Positions 29,286 to 38,327 of a stretch of DNA of 64,000 bases are shown here, piece by piece. Each line of letters starts with the position of its first letter. Position 1 is the stretch's first letter. A program made the position numbers and the translations under genes. Source of the DNA: Candidatus Eiseniibacteriota bacterium (GTDB lineage Bacteria > Eisenbacteria > RBG-16-71-46); assembly GCA_963725865.1 (NCBI GenBank), contig CAVSAC010000014.1:908378-972377 (forward strand), written 5' to 3'. The notes below the pieces were generated by a model that was not told the origin of the DNA, searched no databases, and was given only the letters and a program-made list of their open reading frames with translations.

Positions 29286-31064
29286 TCAGGCGAGGAGGAT
29301 CGCGGGCGTGCCGCCGCGCGGGATCTCGAAGCGGAACGCGCTGCCCGGGCCGGCGCCACTGCGCACCGACACCTCCCCACCGTGGAGCGTGACGATGTGC
29401 TTCACGATCGACAGGCCGAGCCCGGTGCCGCCCCTGTCGCGCGAGCGTGCCTTGTCGACCCGGTAGAAGCGCTCGAAGATCCGCGGCTGATCGTCCTCGG
29501 GGATGCCGCAGCCGGTGTCGCGCACCTCGCACCACGCGCGTACCTCGTCGCCCCCGAGGGCGACCCGCACCTCGCCCTGCTCGGTGTACTTGACCGCGTT
29601 GTCGAGCAGGTTGGCGAACACTTGCTCCAGGCGCGCGCGGTCGGCGGTGACCGGCTGCGTCTCGCCGGGCTCGAGCGTCAGCGCCAGACCGCCCTGCTCG
29701 GCGCGGCGGCGGAACGCGGTCAGCTGCGCCGCCGCCAGCTCGCGCAGGTCGAAGCGCTCCACCCGCAGGCGAGTGCCGGGCCGTTCGAGCTCGGCCAGCG
29801 AGAGCAGGTCGTCGACCAGCGCCTCGAGCCGTGCCGCCTGGTCGCGGATCACGCGCACGAAGGCCTCGCGGTTCGCGGTGTCCTCGAGCCCGCCGTCGAG
29901 CAGCGTCTCGGCGTAGCCGCGCAGCGACGTGAGCGGCGTGCGCAGCTCATGCGAGACGTTCGCGACGAAGTCCTGCCGCACGCGGTCGAGCCGCTCCACC
30001 TCGGTGAGGTCGTGCACCACCAGCAGCACCGGCGCGCGTCCCGGACCGCCGAGCGGGGTGCCGGTGGCGCGCAGGGAATGCTGGCCGGGCGACCACAGCC
30101 GGACGTCGCGCTCCACCGTGTGGCCCTCGGCGCGAGCCGCCTTGAGCAGCTCGTCGAGCTCGGGAGCACGCGCGAACTCGGCCAGCGGCGTCCCCGGCGG
30201 CGGCGGCAACGGCGAGCCCAGCAGCTCCGCGAGCGCGTGGTTCATGTGCACCACGCGACCGTCGCCGTCGATCAGCGCCACCCCGTCGGTCATGTGGGCG
30301 AGGATGCGCTCCCGCTCGTCGCGTTCGCTCTCGAGCGCCTCGAGCCGCGCGCGCAGCACGCCCGCGGTCCGGTTGAGCGCGGCGCCGAGCCGGCCCAGCT
30401 CGTCGGCGGGCTGCTCCTGCGCACGCACCGCGGGATCGCCGGCGCCGATGGCGTGCGCCACCGACTCCAGCGCGCGCACGCGCTCGGCCTGCTGGTGCGC
30501 GACCCGGAACACCACCGCGAGCGCGACCAGCAGCGTGGCGACCGCGGCCAGCACCAGCAGTCCGAGCAGCGCGGTCGTCAGGCGCGTGAGGTCGGCGAGC
30601 GGCTCCGAGACACGCACGACCCTGACCGCGCCGGCGCGGGCCGGGAACGCGACGTACAGCAGGTCGGCGCCGAGCGTCGCGCTGTGCCGCACCGCGACGC
30701 CCTCGCGGCCCTGCAGCGCGGCGTGGATCTCGAGGCGGCTGGCGTGGTTGTCGAGCGTGGCGAGCCGCGACTGCGGCACGGAGGCATCGCCGAGCACGCG
30801 CCCGGTCGAGTCGATCAGTGTCACCCGGCAGGCGAGCGCCTTGCCCATCTCGGCGGCGAAGCCGGGCCAATCGGAGGCGAGCGCGAACGGGTCGCGGCGC
30901 AGCTCGCGCGCGGTGGTACGCGCCGAGCGTTCGAGCGCCTGGGTGCTGAGGCGCAGTACCCACGCGCGCTGCTCGCGCACCGCGACCAGGGTGACGGCCG
31001 CGAGCGCGAGCGCCACGACGAGGCCGTAGGCCACGAACAGCCGCGTGCGGATGGGAAGCGCCAC
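29286..31064 (-). CDS. phoR: Sensor histidine kinase, PhoR-like (TM, PAS, HisKA, HATPase)
   Basis: It has a GTG start, two TM segments, and a PAS region (ERILAHMTDGVALIDGDGRVVHMNHA). The H-box is VANVSHELRTPLTSLRGY and the ATPase box is GGTGLGLSIVKHIV. It lies directly downstream of an OmpR/PhoB-type regulator and beside the pst locus. Confidence 0.75.
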   Translation of the reverse strand: MALPIRTRLFVAYGLVVALALAAVTLVAVREQRAWVLRLSTQALERSARTTARELRRDPFALASDWPGFAAEMGKALACRVTLIDSTGRVLGDASVPQSRLATLDNHASRLEIHAALQGREGVAVRHSATLGADLLYVAFPARAGAVRVVRVSEPLADLTRLTTALLGLLVLAAVATLLVALAVVFRVAHQQAERVRALESVAHAIGAGDPAVRAQEQPADELGRLGAALNRTAGVLRARLEALESERDERERILAHMTDGVALIDGDGRVVHMNHALAELLGSPLPPPPGTPLAEFARAPELDELLKAARAEGHTVERDVRLWSPGQHSLRATGTPLGGPGRAPVLLVVHDLTEVERLDRVRQDFVANVSHELRTPLTSLRGYAETLLDGGLEDTANREAFVRVIRDQAARLEALVDDLLSLAELERPGTRLRVERFDLRELAAAQLTAFRRRAEQGGLALTLEPGETQPVTADRARLEQVFANLLDNAVKYTEQGEVRVALGGDEVRAWCEVRDTGCGIPEDDQPRIFERFYRVDKARSRDRGGTGLGLSIVKHIVTLHGGEVSVRSGAGPGSAFRFEIPRGGTPAILLA

Positions 31065-31083
31065 CGTCGGCCGCCGTGCCGGG

Positions 31084-31782
31084 TCAGCGCCCGGGAGTCT
31101 TGGCCGGAGCGACGAGCTTGTAGCCCGCTCCGGTCACGGTCTCGATCACGTGGTGCTCGTCGCCCAGCTTGGCGCGCAGGCGGCGCACGTGGACGTCGAC
31201 CGTGCGGGTCTCTCCCACGTAGTCATAGCCCCACACCTTGCGCAGCAGCTCCTCGCGCGAGAACACGCGACCCGGATGGCGGGCGAGGAACGCCAGCAGC
31301 TCGAACTCGCGCGGCGTGAGCTCGAGCGCGCGACCGCGGAACCCGATCTCGTGCGCGAGCGTGTCCACGCGCAACGAGCCGGCCTCGAGCACGCCCTCCT
31401 CCCGCGACGGGCGGGCACGGCGCAGGAGGGCCTGCAGGCGCGCCGTCAGCTCGCGCGGGCTGAATGGCTTGGTCATGTAGTCGTCGGCGCCGCGCTCGAA
31501 GCCGAGCAGCTTGTCCATCTCGGCGCCGCGCGCGGTCAGCACCACGACCGGCAGATCGCGGGTGGCCGGTTCCTCGCGCACCTCGCGCAGGATCTCGAGC
31601 CCGCTGCGCCCCGGGAGCATGAGATCGAGGACCAGCGCGTCGGGGCGCGACGCGAAGAGGCGTTCGGTCGCCTCCTCGCCGTCCGCGAACGCGGCCACGC
31701 GGAATCCGGCTCGCTCGAGGTTGTACTTCAGGAGGTCGCGGATCTCCTTCTCGTCCTCGACCACCATCACCAGGTCCGCCAT
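31084..31782 (-). CDS. phoB: OmpR/PhoB-family response regulator
   Basis: The receiver reads MVVEDEKEIR...LDLMLPGRSG...TARG. The winged-helix domain reads LTPREFELLAFLARHPGRVFSREELL...TRTVDVHVRRLRAKL. It has a GGAGGA RBS. Confidence 0.8.
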   Translation of the reverse strand: MADLVMVVEDEKEIRDLLKYNLERAGFRVAAFADGEEATERLFASRPDALVLDLMLPGRSGLEILREVREEPATRDLPVVVLTARGAEMDKLLGFERGADDYMTKPFSPRELTARLQALLRRARPSREEGVLEAGSLRVDTLAHEIGFRGRALELTPREFELLAFLARHPGRVFSREELLRKVWGYDYVGETRTVDVHVRRLRAKLGDEHHVIETVTGAGYKLVAPAKTPGR

Positions 31783-31963
31783 GCGCTCCTCCGATCGGCG
31801 GCGATGCTACGCGTGGCCTCGGTGAAGGGCAATCGTCGGGGTGTTTCCGGGTTGTGACATCCGCGAGCGGCAGGCTAGATTGCGGGCCGACCCTGCAGGA
31901 TCCCGCGTCCGCCCGCGCCTCAGCGGTCGCGGCCGCGACCCACGTTGTCCCGGGAAGGCTCCC

Positions 31964-33664
31964 ATGACCGAGACCCGCCAGGTGCCGCGTTGGCTCCCGC
32001 TGCTCGTCGTCGCGGTCCTGCTCGCGCTCGCGGCGCTCTCGCACGGCCCCGAGCAGGTGCTGCAGCTTGCGCGCACGGCGCCATGGCGGGGACACGGCTT
32101 CGGCCAGCTGCCCGCCGCCGCCGGGTGGTCGGTGTTTCGCATGGTCGCGTCGATGATGTTCTCCCTGGTGTTCGCGTGGGTCGTGGGCTACCGGGCCGCC
32201 CTGGATCCGCGCGCCGCGCGCGTGCTGTTGCCGCTCCTCGACGTGGGGCAGTCGGTGCCGGTGCTGGGGTTCTTCCCGGCCGCCATCTTCGTGTTCATCT
32301 CGCTGTTCGGCGGTGGCCGGCCCGCGCTCGAGATGGCCTCGATCTTCCTCATCTTCACCAGCCAGGCCTGGAACATGGCCTTCGCGGTCTACGAGGGGAT
32401 CTCCACGATCCCGCTCGAGACCCGCGCCGCCGTCGACAGCCTCGGCGTGCGCGGCGTGCTGCGCATGCGTTCCCTGCTGATGCCGGCGTGCGTGCCGCCG
32501 CTCCTGTTCAACACGATCCTCTCGTGGACCAACGGGTGGTACTTCCTGATCGCGTGCGAGATCATCGTCGCCGGCCGCGCCCAGTACGAACTGCCTGGGC
32601 TCGGCAGCACGCTCTCGCACGCGCTCGCGACCGGGGACATCCGGCTCGCGGTGGCGGCACTCGTCATCCTGCTGCTGATCGTGGTCGCGCTGGAGATGGT
32701 GGTGTGGCGGCCGTTGCGCGCGTGGGCCGCCCGGTTCCGTTACGAGGCCACGCGCGAGGATGCCGCCGAGGAGGCCGCGCCGGCGTGGGTGAGCGTCGGA
32801 TTGCCCCTGCTGGTGCGCCCGCTGCGCGTGCTGGGCCGCTGGGTGTGGCGCCGCGTGTCGGTGCCGCGCGTGGATGCCTGGCTGCCGGCCGCCGGGAAGT
32901 TCGCGCGTCGCGGGTGGCGCGTGCTGCGGTGGCCCGTCGGGCTCGCCGCGCTGGCGGCGACGATCCTGGCGCTGGTGGCGACCGCGCGCGCGCTCGCCCC
33001 ACCCTGGCCCCGGGAGGCCGCCAGCGTGCCGCTGGCGCTGCTGTTCTCGTTCCTGCGCATCAACGCGGCGTACGTGCTGGCGCTCGCGTGGATCCTCCCC
33101 GCGGTGTTGTGGGCGAGCGACCATCCGCGTGGCGCCCGTGCGCTCTCACTGGTTGCGCAGGTCGGGGCGTCGATTCCCGCCACGGCGTTCTTCCCGGTGC
33201 TGGTGGCGCTGTTCGTCCAGCACTTCGGCGGGATGGAGATGATCTCGGTGGCGCTGGCGCTGACGGGCATGCAGTGGTATCTGCTCTTCAATCTGCTCGC
33301 CGGGGTACAGCGCGTCCCCGGCGACCTGCGCGAGTCGCTGCGCGCGCTGGGGCTGTCGCGCTGGCAGATCCATCGCCGGCTGGTGCTGCCGGCCTGCATG
33401 CCGTCCCTCGTCACCGGCAGCGTGGTGGCGTGGGGCGGCACGTGGAACGCACTGATCCTGTCCGAGTACGTGGTGTACAAGGAGCACACGTACTCCGTGC
33501 TGGGCGTGGGCGCGCTGCTGAACCGCGCGACCTTCGTGACGGGGAGCCGCACGCTGCTGTTCCTGTCGCTGGCGGCGCTCGTCATCACCGTGGTGTCGTT
33601 CAACCACCTGGTGTGGCGGCGCCTGTACGAGCATGTGACCGCACGGTACCGCCTGGAGGGCTGA
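31964..33664 (+). CDS. ABC transporter permease with two fused transmembrane domains (NitT/TauT-family-like)
   Basis: It is 566 aa with about 12 predicted TM helices and two copies of the EAA-like loop (AAVDSLGVRGVLRMRSLLMPA and ESLRALGLSRWQIHRRLVLPA). It is divergent from phoB. Confidence 0.7.
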   Translation: MTETRQVPRWLPLLVVAVLLALAALSHGPEQVLQLARTAPWRGHGFGQLPAAAGWSVFRMVASMMFSLVFAWVVGYRAALDPRAARVLLPLLDVGQSVPVLGFFPAAIFVFISLFGGGRPALEMASIFLIFTSQAWNMAFAVYEGISTIPLETRAAVDSLGVRGVLRMRSLLMPACVPPLLFNTILSWTNGWYFLIACEIIVAGRAQYELPGLGSTLSHALATGDIRLAVAALVILLLIVVALEMVVWRPLRAWAARFRYEATREDAAEEAAPAWVSVGLPLLVRPLRVLGRWVWRRVSVPRVDAWLPAAGKFARRGWRVLRWPVGLAALAATILALVATARALAPPWPREAASVPLALLFSFLRINAAYVLALAWILPAVLWASDHPRGARALSLVAQVGASIPATAFFPVLVALFVQHFGGMEMISVALALTGMQWYLLFNLLAGVQRVPGDLRESLRALGLSRWQIHRRLVLPACMPSLVTGSVVAWGGTWNALILSEYVVYKEHTYSVLGVGALLNRATFVTGSRTLLFLSLAALVITVVSFNHLVWRRLYEHVTARYRLEG

Positions 33665-33667
33665 GCG

Positions 33668-34411
33668 TTGCTCGAGCTGCGACACGTCACCCGCACCTTC
33701 ACCGACCGGGGTCGCGAGATCCCGGCGGTCGAGGACATCAGCTTGCAGGTGCCGGACCGTGAGTTCCTGTGCATCGTCGGGCCCTCGGGGTGCGGCAAGT
33801 CCACGATGCTGCGCCTCATGATGGGGCTGCTCCCCCCGACGCGCGGCCAGGTGCTCTACGAGGGTGCCGCGCTCGCGGGCGTGAACCTGCGGGCCGCGAT
33901 GGTGTTCCAGTCGTTCGCGCTGCTGCCCTGGCTGACGGTGCAGGGCAATGTCGAGCTGGGGCTCAAGGCGCGCGAACTGCCCGAGGACGCGGTGCGCCGC
34001 CGGGCGGCCCACTACCTCGACAAGGTCGGCCTCGACGGATACGAAGAAGCCTACCCGCGCGAACTCTCCGGCGGGATGAAGCAGCGGGCGGGCCTCGCGC
34101 GCGCCCTCGCTGTGGAGCCGGAGCTGCTGTTCATGGACGAGCCGTTCGCCGGCCTCGACGCCCTCACCTCCGCCAACCTGCGCGAAGAGGTGCTCACCCT
34201 GTGGGCCGACCACGCGATGCCGGTGAACACGGTCGTGATGGTGACCCACATCATCGAGGAGGCCGTGCTGATGGCGGACCGCGTGGTCGTGCTCACCCCC
34301 CACCCGGGGCGCATCGCCGCCGACGTCCCGATCGCGCTCGAGCGCCCGCGCAACAAGCGCGACCCCGGTTTCGACCAGGTCGTGGACTCGATCTTCGAGA
34401 AGATCGTGTGA
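33668..34411 (+). CDS. ABC transporter ATP-binding protein (NitT/TauT-family-like)
   Basis: It has Walker [10 protein letters not shown], signature LSGGMKQR and Walker B LLFMDEP. The start is TTG, 3 nt after the permease stop. Confidence 0.85.
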   Translation: MLELRHVTRTFTDRGREIPAVEDISLQVPDREFLCIVGPSGCGKSTMLRLMMGLLPPTRGQVLYEGAALAGVNLRAAMVFQSFALLPWLTVQGNVELGLKARELPEDAVRRRAAHYLDKVGLDGYEEAYPRELSGGMKQRAGLARALAVEPELLFMDEPFAGLDALTSANLREEVLTLWADHAMPVNTVVMVTHIIEEAVLMADRVVVLTPHPGRIAADVPIALERPRNKRDPGFDQVVDSIFEKIV

Positions 34412-34421
34412 GCGCCGCCCG

Positions 34422-35309
34422 ATGACGCTCTCTCACGACGCAGGAGCGGTGACGGTGGAGCGGCTCGGACCGGCCGATCTGGTCGAGGCGTTCGGGTTCC
34501 TCGACGATGACCCGGTGCTCAACGTGTACGTGCTGGCGCTCCTGCTGCGTGACGGATTGCGCACCACGCGCGACGAGTACTGGGCCGCCCGGCGCGCCGG
34601 CCGCCTGGTCGCGCTGCTGCACCTGGGCGGGCACTCGGGCGCGGTCCTGCCGGTCGGCGACGACGCGCAGGCCAGCGCCGCGCTCGCGGACCGCTTCGTC
34701 GAGCGCCGCTCGTTCGTGCCGCGTCGGTTCCAGGTCATCGGTCCCGCGAGCGCCGTGGCGGCCCTCGCCACCCGCCTGGCCGAGGCGGGACTCGAGCCCC
34801 GCCTGCTCCGCCGCCAGCTCTACATGTCGCTCCGACCACGGGACCTCCCGGAGTTCGAGCGTGTCCCTGAACTGCGCCCGGCGCGTCCCGAGGACTACGC
34901 GCTCATCTTCGAGAGCGGAGCCGCCTTGCGCGCCGAGGAGCTCGAGGAGGATCCGCGCCTCGCGGATCCGCTCGGTTACGCACGGCGGGTCGAGGAGGAA
35001 TGCCGCGACGGCTACACCCGGGTGTGGCTCGACGATGAAGGGCTGTGCTTTCGCGCGAGCGTCAGCGCACGCACCGCCGACGCCGCCCAGATCTCGGGGG
35101 TCTACGTGCCGCCCCACCGGCGAGGGCGCGGCCTCGCGACGCGCGGGATGGCAGAGCTCTGCACGCGTCTGGCCGAGCAGTCGCGCGCGCTGTGTCTGTT
35201 CGTCAACGACGTCAACGCGCCCGCCATCGCCGTCTACCGGCGCATCGGCTTCCGCGACCACGCCGCGTGGGCCTCGGCGTTCTACGGTCTCGCGCACCCT
35301 TCGGGCTGA
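34422..35309 (+). CDS. GNAT-family N-acetyltransferase (two-domain type)
   Basis: The C-terminal GNAT core reads QISGVYVPPHRRGRGLATRGMAELCTRL. Confidence 0.55.
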   Translation: MTLSHDAGAVTVERLGPADLVEAFGFLDDDPVLNVYVLALLLRDGLRTTRDEYWAARRAGRLVALLHLGGHSGAVLPVGDDAQASAALADRFVERRSFVPRRFQVIGPASAVAALATRLAEAGLEPRLLRRQLYMSLRPRDLPEFERVPELRPARPEDYALIFESGAALRAEELEEDPRLADPLGYARRVEEECRDGYTRVWLDDEGLCFRASVSARTADAAQISGVYVPPHRRGRGLATRGMAELCTRLAEQSRALCLFVNDVNAPAIAVYRRIGFRDHAAWASAFYGLAHPSG

Positions 35310-35411
35310 GCCGGCGAGCGATTCGCCGCGGCTTGACCGCCATGGCGCGATTCTGCGACGTTCGGCGATCGACGCGCCCCGCGATTGCAGCACGACCACC
35401 GGAGGTTTGAT

Positions 35412-36053
35412 GTGAGCTCCTTGCGGAATGCCGCGCTCGTCGCGGCCCTGTCGCTCGTCGCCGCGCCGGCCGCGCGCGCGCAGGTGTTCGGCCAGTACTG
35501 CGGCGCCGCCACCCTGCCGATGAATGGGCACCTGTTCGGGGGCTACCTGAACGCGAGCAAAAACGTCGTGGGATTGTCCGCCCAACTGCGCCTGAGCTTC
35601 TATCCGAACGTGGATTTCGGCTTCCAGGGTGGCCTCAGTCGAATCAACTACCCGGGCCATGCCGATCGGACCGTGCTGCGGCTCGGCACCGATGTGAAGT
35701 TCGCCGTCGCGAAGGCCAACGATCGCGTGCCGTTCGATCTCGCGCTCGACGGCGGCCTGGGCGTGGAGTCGGGCGACAACTACCAGGTGATCGCCCTCGG
35801 TCCCTCACTCGTGGGCAGCCGTGACTACGGGACATCGGAGCGCGGGGTCACGCCTTTTGCGAGCGTCGGGCTCCTGTTCTCGAACATCGATGTCGGAGAC
35901 AACAGCTCGACCGATGTGTCGATGCCGCTGCGCGGCGGCGCCGAGTGGCGCGTCGCCCCGGACGTGCGCATCACCGGGGAGCTCCAGCTACGGCTAGGAG
36001 ACGAGTTCAACGACGATGTCGGATTCCAGGTGGGCGTGCATCTGCCCTTCTGA
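35412..36053 (+). CDS. Small outer-membrane beta-barrel protein (OmpW/OmpA-like fold)
   Basis: The GTG start follows a GGAGG RBS. It has a signal peptide ALSLVAAPAARAQ and alternating hydrophobic strands, and ends ...VGVHLPF. Confidence 0.5.
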   Translation: MSSLRNAALVAALSLVAAPAARAQVFGQYCGAATLPMNGHLFGGYLNASKNVVGLSAQLRLSFYPNVDFGFQGGLSRINYPGHADRTVLRLGTDVKFAVAKANDRVPFDLALDGGLGVESGDNYQVIALGPSLVGSRDYGTSERGVTPFASVGLLFSNIDVGDNSSTDVSMPLRGGAEWRVAPDVRITGELQLRLGDEFNDDVGFQVGVHLPF

Positions 36054-36582
36054 GCCCCTCCCGGGGGCCTCCGACGGCCAGCCTAGCGCCAAATCAGGTC
36101 GCGGCCGCCGTGCACGCCCGAGCAGGGTGGTGCGAGATCCAATAAACGATTGTCATACAATGAATTGGGTAGCAGTCACCAAGCCCAGAATGAGGCTTGT
36201 ACGCCCCCTAGCCCGGTGCTAGCCTACCGCTCCCCCCACCAATGCCCCTCGCTTAGGGCGCATTCGATGGGCGGACCATGACCTATCAACCTCAATCATC
36301 AAAACGCTTTAGACCAGGCTTGCGGGTTCTTGCGCGAGGCCTGGATCGTGATTCGCTTCAGTCTGTTCGGCGATTTGTGGAAACGGTGTGGAAGAAGGGA
36401 GGCGCGACGCTGGACAAGCGGCTTTACCGCTTGGACTTATGCCAGCCCACATGAATGTTGATAAGTCGCCCATCAGATTTTCACACTCGTCTCCCCCACC
36501 TGGCCCCCGACCGCAGCCCAAGGGCACTTCGCGGTCCCGCCTTGTGTGGAAAAGTTGCGACCTTTCAGCAAGGACCGTTGAA
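36054..36582. promoter_or_regulatory. Candidate oriC / dnaA promoter region: AT-richer stretch with several DnaA-box-like 9-mers
   Basis: This is the least GC-rich 0.5 kb in the window (for example aataaacgattgtcatacaatgaattgg at 36141..36168). Matches to TGTGGATAA: TGTGGAAAC at 36376, TGTGGAAGA at 36386, TGTTGATAA at 36457 (8/9), TGTGGAAAA at 36546 (8/9). It lies immediately upstream of dnaA. Confidence 0.45.
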
Positions 36583-37965
36583 ATGGCCGTCCACCCCGTG
36601 CTGTCGGACGAGTCCATCCGTCTCTGGGAACAAGTCCTCCTGTCCATCCGCGACAGGCTCGGGAGCCCTCAGGCTTTCGAGACTTGGTTCAAGCCCATCG
36701 TGCCTCGTGAGATGAGCGCCGGATCGGTGGAGCTCGAAGTCCCCAATGCCTTCTTCGTGGACTGGATCCACGAACACCATCTACCGGCACTGCGCCAGTG
36801 CCTCACCGAAACGCTTGGCGCGACCCCTGCGATCCACTTCTCGTCGCGCGAGAGCGCGGCCGTCCTGGAGCCGCCCGCAACATCAGCGGCCCCCTCGACT
36901 CCAACCCCTGCGCAACGGCCGAATCGCGCCTGGCTCGAGAGCCAGCTCCACCCGCGGCTCACGTTCGACGGATTCGTGGTCGGCGGCAGCAACCGTTTCA
37001 CGCACGCCGCCTGTCTCGCGGTCGCGGGCGCTCCGGGGCAGGTGTACAACCCATTGTTCATCTTCGGAGGCTGCGGTCTCGGCAAGACCCACCTGCTTCA
37101 CGCGGTCGGTCACGCGGTGCGTCAGAAGCGTCCCGAGGCCCGCGTGTACTACGTGCCTGCGGAGCGATTCACGAACGAGATGATCTACGCGATCCAGCAC
37201 GCCCAGACGCTGGCGTTCCGGAACAAGTACCGCAACGTCGACGTTCTGCTGATCGACGACATTCAATTCCTCGCGGGAAAGGAGAGTACTCAGGAGGAGT
37301 TCTTCTATACCTTCAATGCGCTCCGCGACGCCCACAAGCAGGTCGTGGTCACGGCCGACAAGCCTCCGAAGGACATCCCGATGCTGGAGGAGCGGCTCAC
37401 GTCGCGGTTCAATCAGGGACTGGTTACGGACATCCAGCAGCCGGATCTCGAGACGCGCATCGCGATCCTCCGCAATCGGAGTGCGCAGGAGGGCGGTGGT
37501 GTTCACCTGCCCGACGACGTCCTGCTGCTGATTGCAGACCGCATCCGCAACAATATCCGTGACCTCGAGGGATGTCTCGTGAGGCTCATCGCGGTGGCGT
37601 CCCTGACGCATCGCGAGATCTCGACCGAGCTCGCCGAGGAAGTACTGCAGCATTACGTCAATCCCGAGCCCGACCATCTGACACCGGAACGCATCCTCAC
37701 CGCGGTCGCGGACCGCTTCGGGGTGCGCGTCGACGCGATGTGCGGGGCCCGTCGGACGCGAACGGTGGTGCTGCCGCGACAGGTCTCGATGTACCTCCTT
37801 CGACAGCTCACTGAGCTGTCCTTGGTGGAGATCGGTCGCGCGTTCGGTGGTCGCGATCACACGACCGTGATCTACGCCTGCGATCGGGTGGCCGATCTGA
37901 TCGCGCGCGACAACGCGTTCGCGGAGCGCATCAACGGGTTGATCTCCACGATCGCGTCGGGATGA
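36583..37965 (+). CDS. dnaA: Chromosomal replication initiator protein DnaA
   Basis: It has the AAA+ Walker A GGCGLGKTHLLHAVG, the sensor/box VII region, and the C-terminal DNA-binding domain RRTRTVVLPRQVSMYLLRQLTELSLVEIGRAFGGRDHTTVIYA. Confidence 0.95.
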   Translation: MAVHPVLSDESIRLWEQVLLSIRDRLGSPQAFETWFKPIVPREMSAGSVELEVPNAFFVDWIHEHHLPALRQCLTETLGATPAIHFSSRESAAVLEPPATSAAPSTPTPAQRPNRAWLESQLHPRLTFDGFVVGGSNRFTHAACLAVAGAPGQVYNPLFIFGGCGLGKTHLLHAVGHAVRQKRPEARVYYVPAERFTNEMIYAIQHAQTLAFRNKYRNVDVLLIDDIQFLAGKESTQEEFFYTFNALRDAHKQVVVTADKPPKDIPMLEERLTSRFNQGLVTDIQQPDLETRIAILRNRSAQEGGGVHLPDDVLLLIADRIRNNIRDLEGCLVRLIAVASLTHREISTELAEEVLQHYVNPEPDHLTPERILTAVADRFGVRVDAMCGARRTRTVVLPRQVSMYLLRQLTELSLVEIGRAFGGRDHTTVIYACDRVADLIARDNAFAERINGLISTIASG

Positions 37966-38327
37966 GTGGTGGAATCTCGGTGGAGAGTTGGGGAGGAATC
38001 GGGTGTTCGAGTGGCAGGTGTGACCATGTCGTCGAGAACCGCTCGCTTCTCCCCAGCTCGCTGTCTCGCCGCATCCCGTTGCTCGCAAACATGTTGCATG
38101 GCTGTCGCGGCGCTTCTCCACGAAGCTCACAGTGCCTACGATGACTAGCTTCTTTCTTATTACATCACAACAGATTAGAAGACCTATGAGCGGCCTCAAA
38201 TCACTTGCGCGAGTCGAGGGGCGCGCCTAATATGCCGGGCGATGCCGTACGTGCCCCCATCAGCACACATCAGGCCCCCGGAACCGTAAACGGGACTTCG
38301 ACTTCCCCCCAGGTAGGGAGTGATCAG
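37966..38327. promoter_or_regulatory. dnaA-dnaN intergenic region with an AT-rich block; possible second oriC half or DNA-unwinding element
   Basis: The 360-bp gap contains ctagcttctttcttattacatcacaacagattagaagacctatg (38146..38190) and a weak DnaA-box-like TTCTCCACG at about 38111. Confidence 0.3.

Noticed and set aside
36240-36300. tRNA-like or ncRNA signal in the dnaA upstream region (gcattcgatgggcgg)
   Set aside because: There is no cloverleaf-compatible structure and no T-loop GTTCGA-context or CCA end. I treat it as part of the origin/promoter region.
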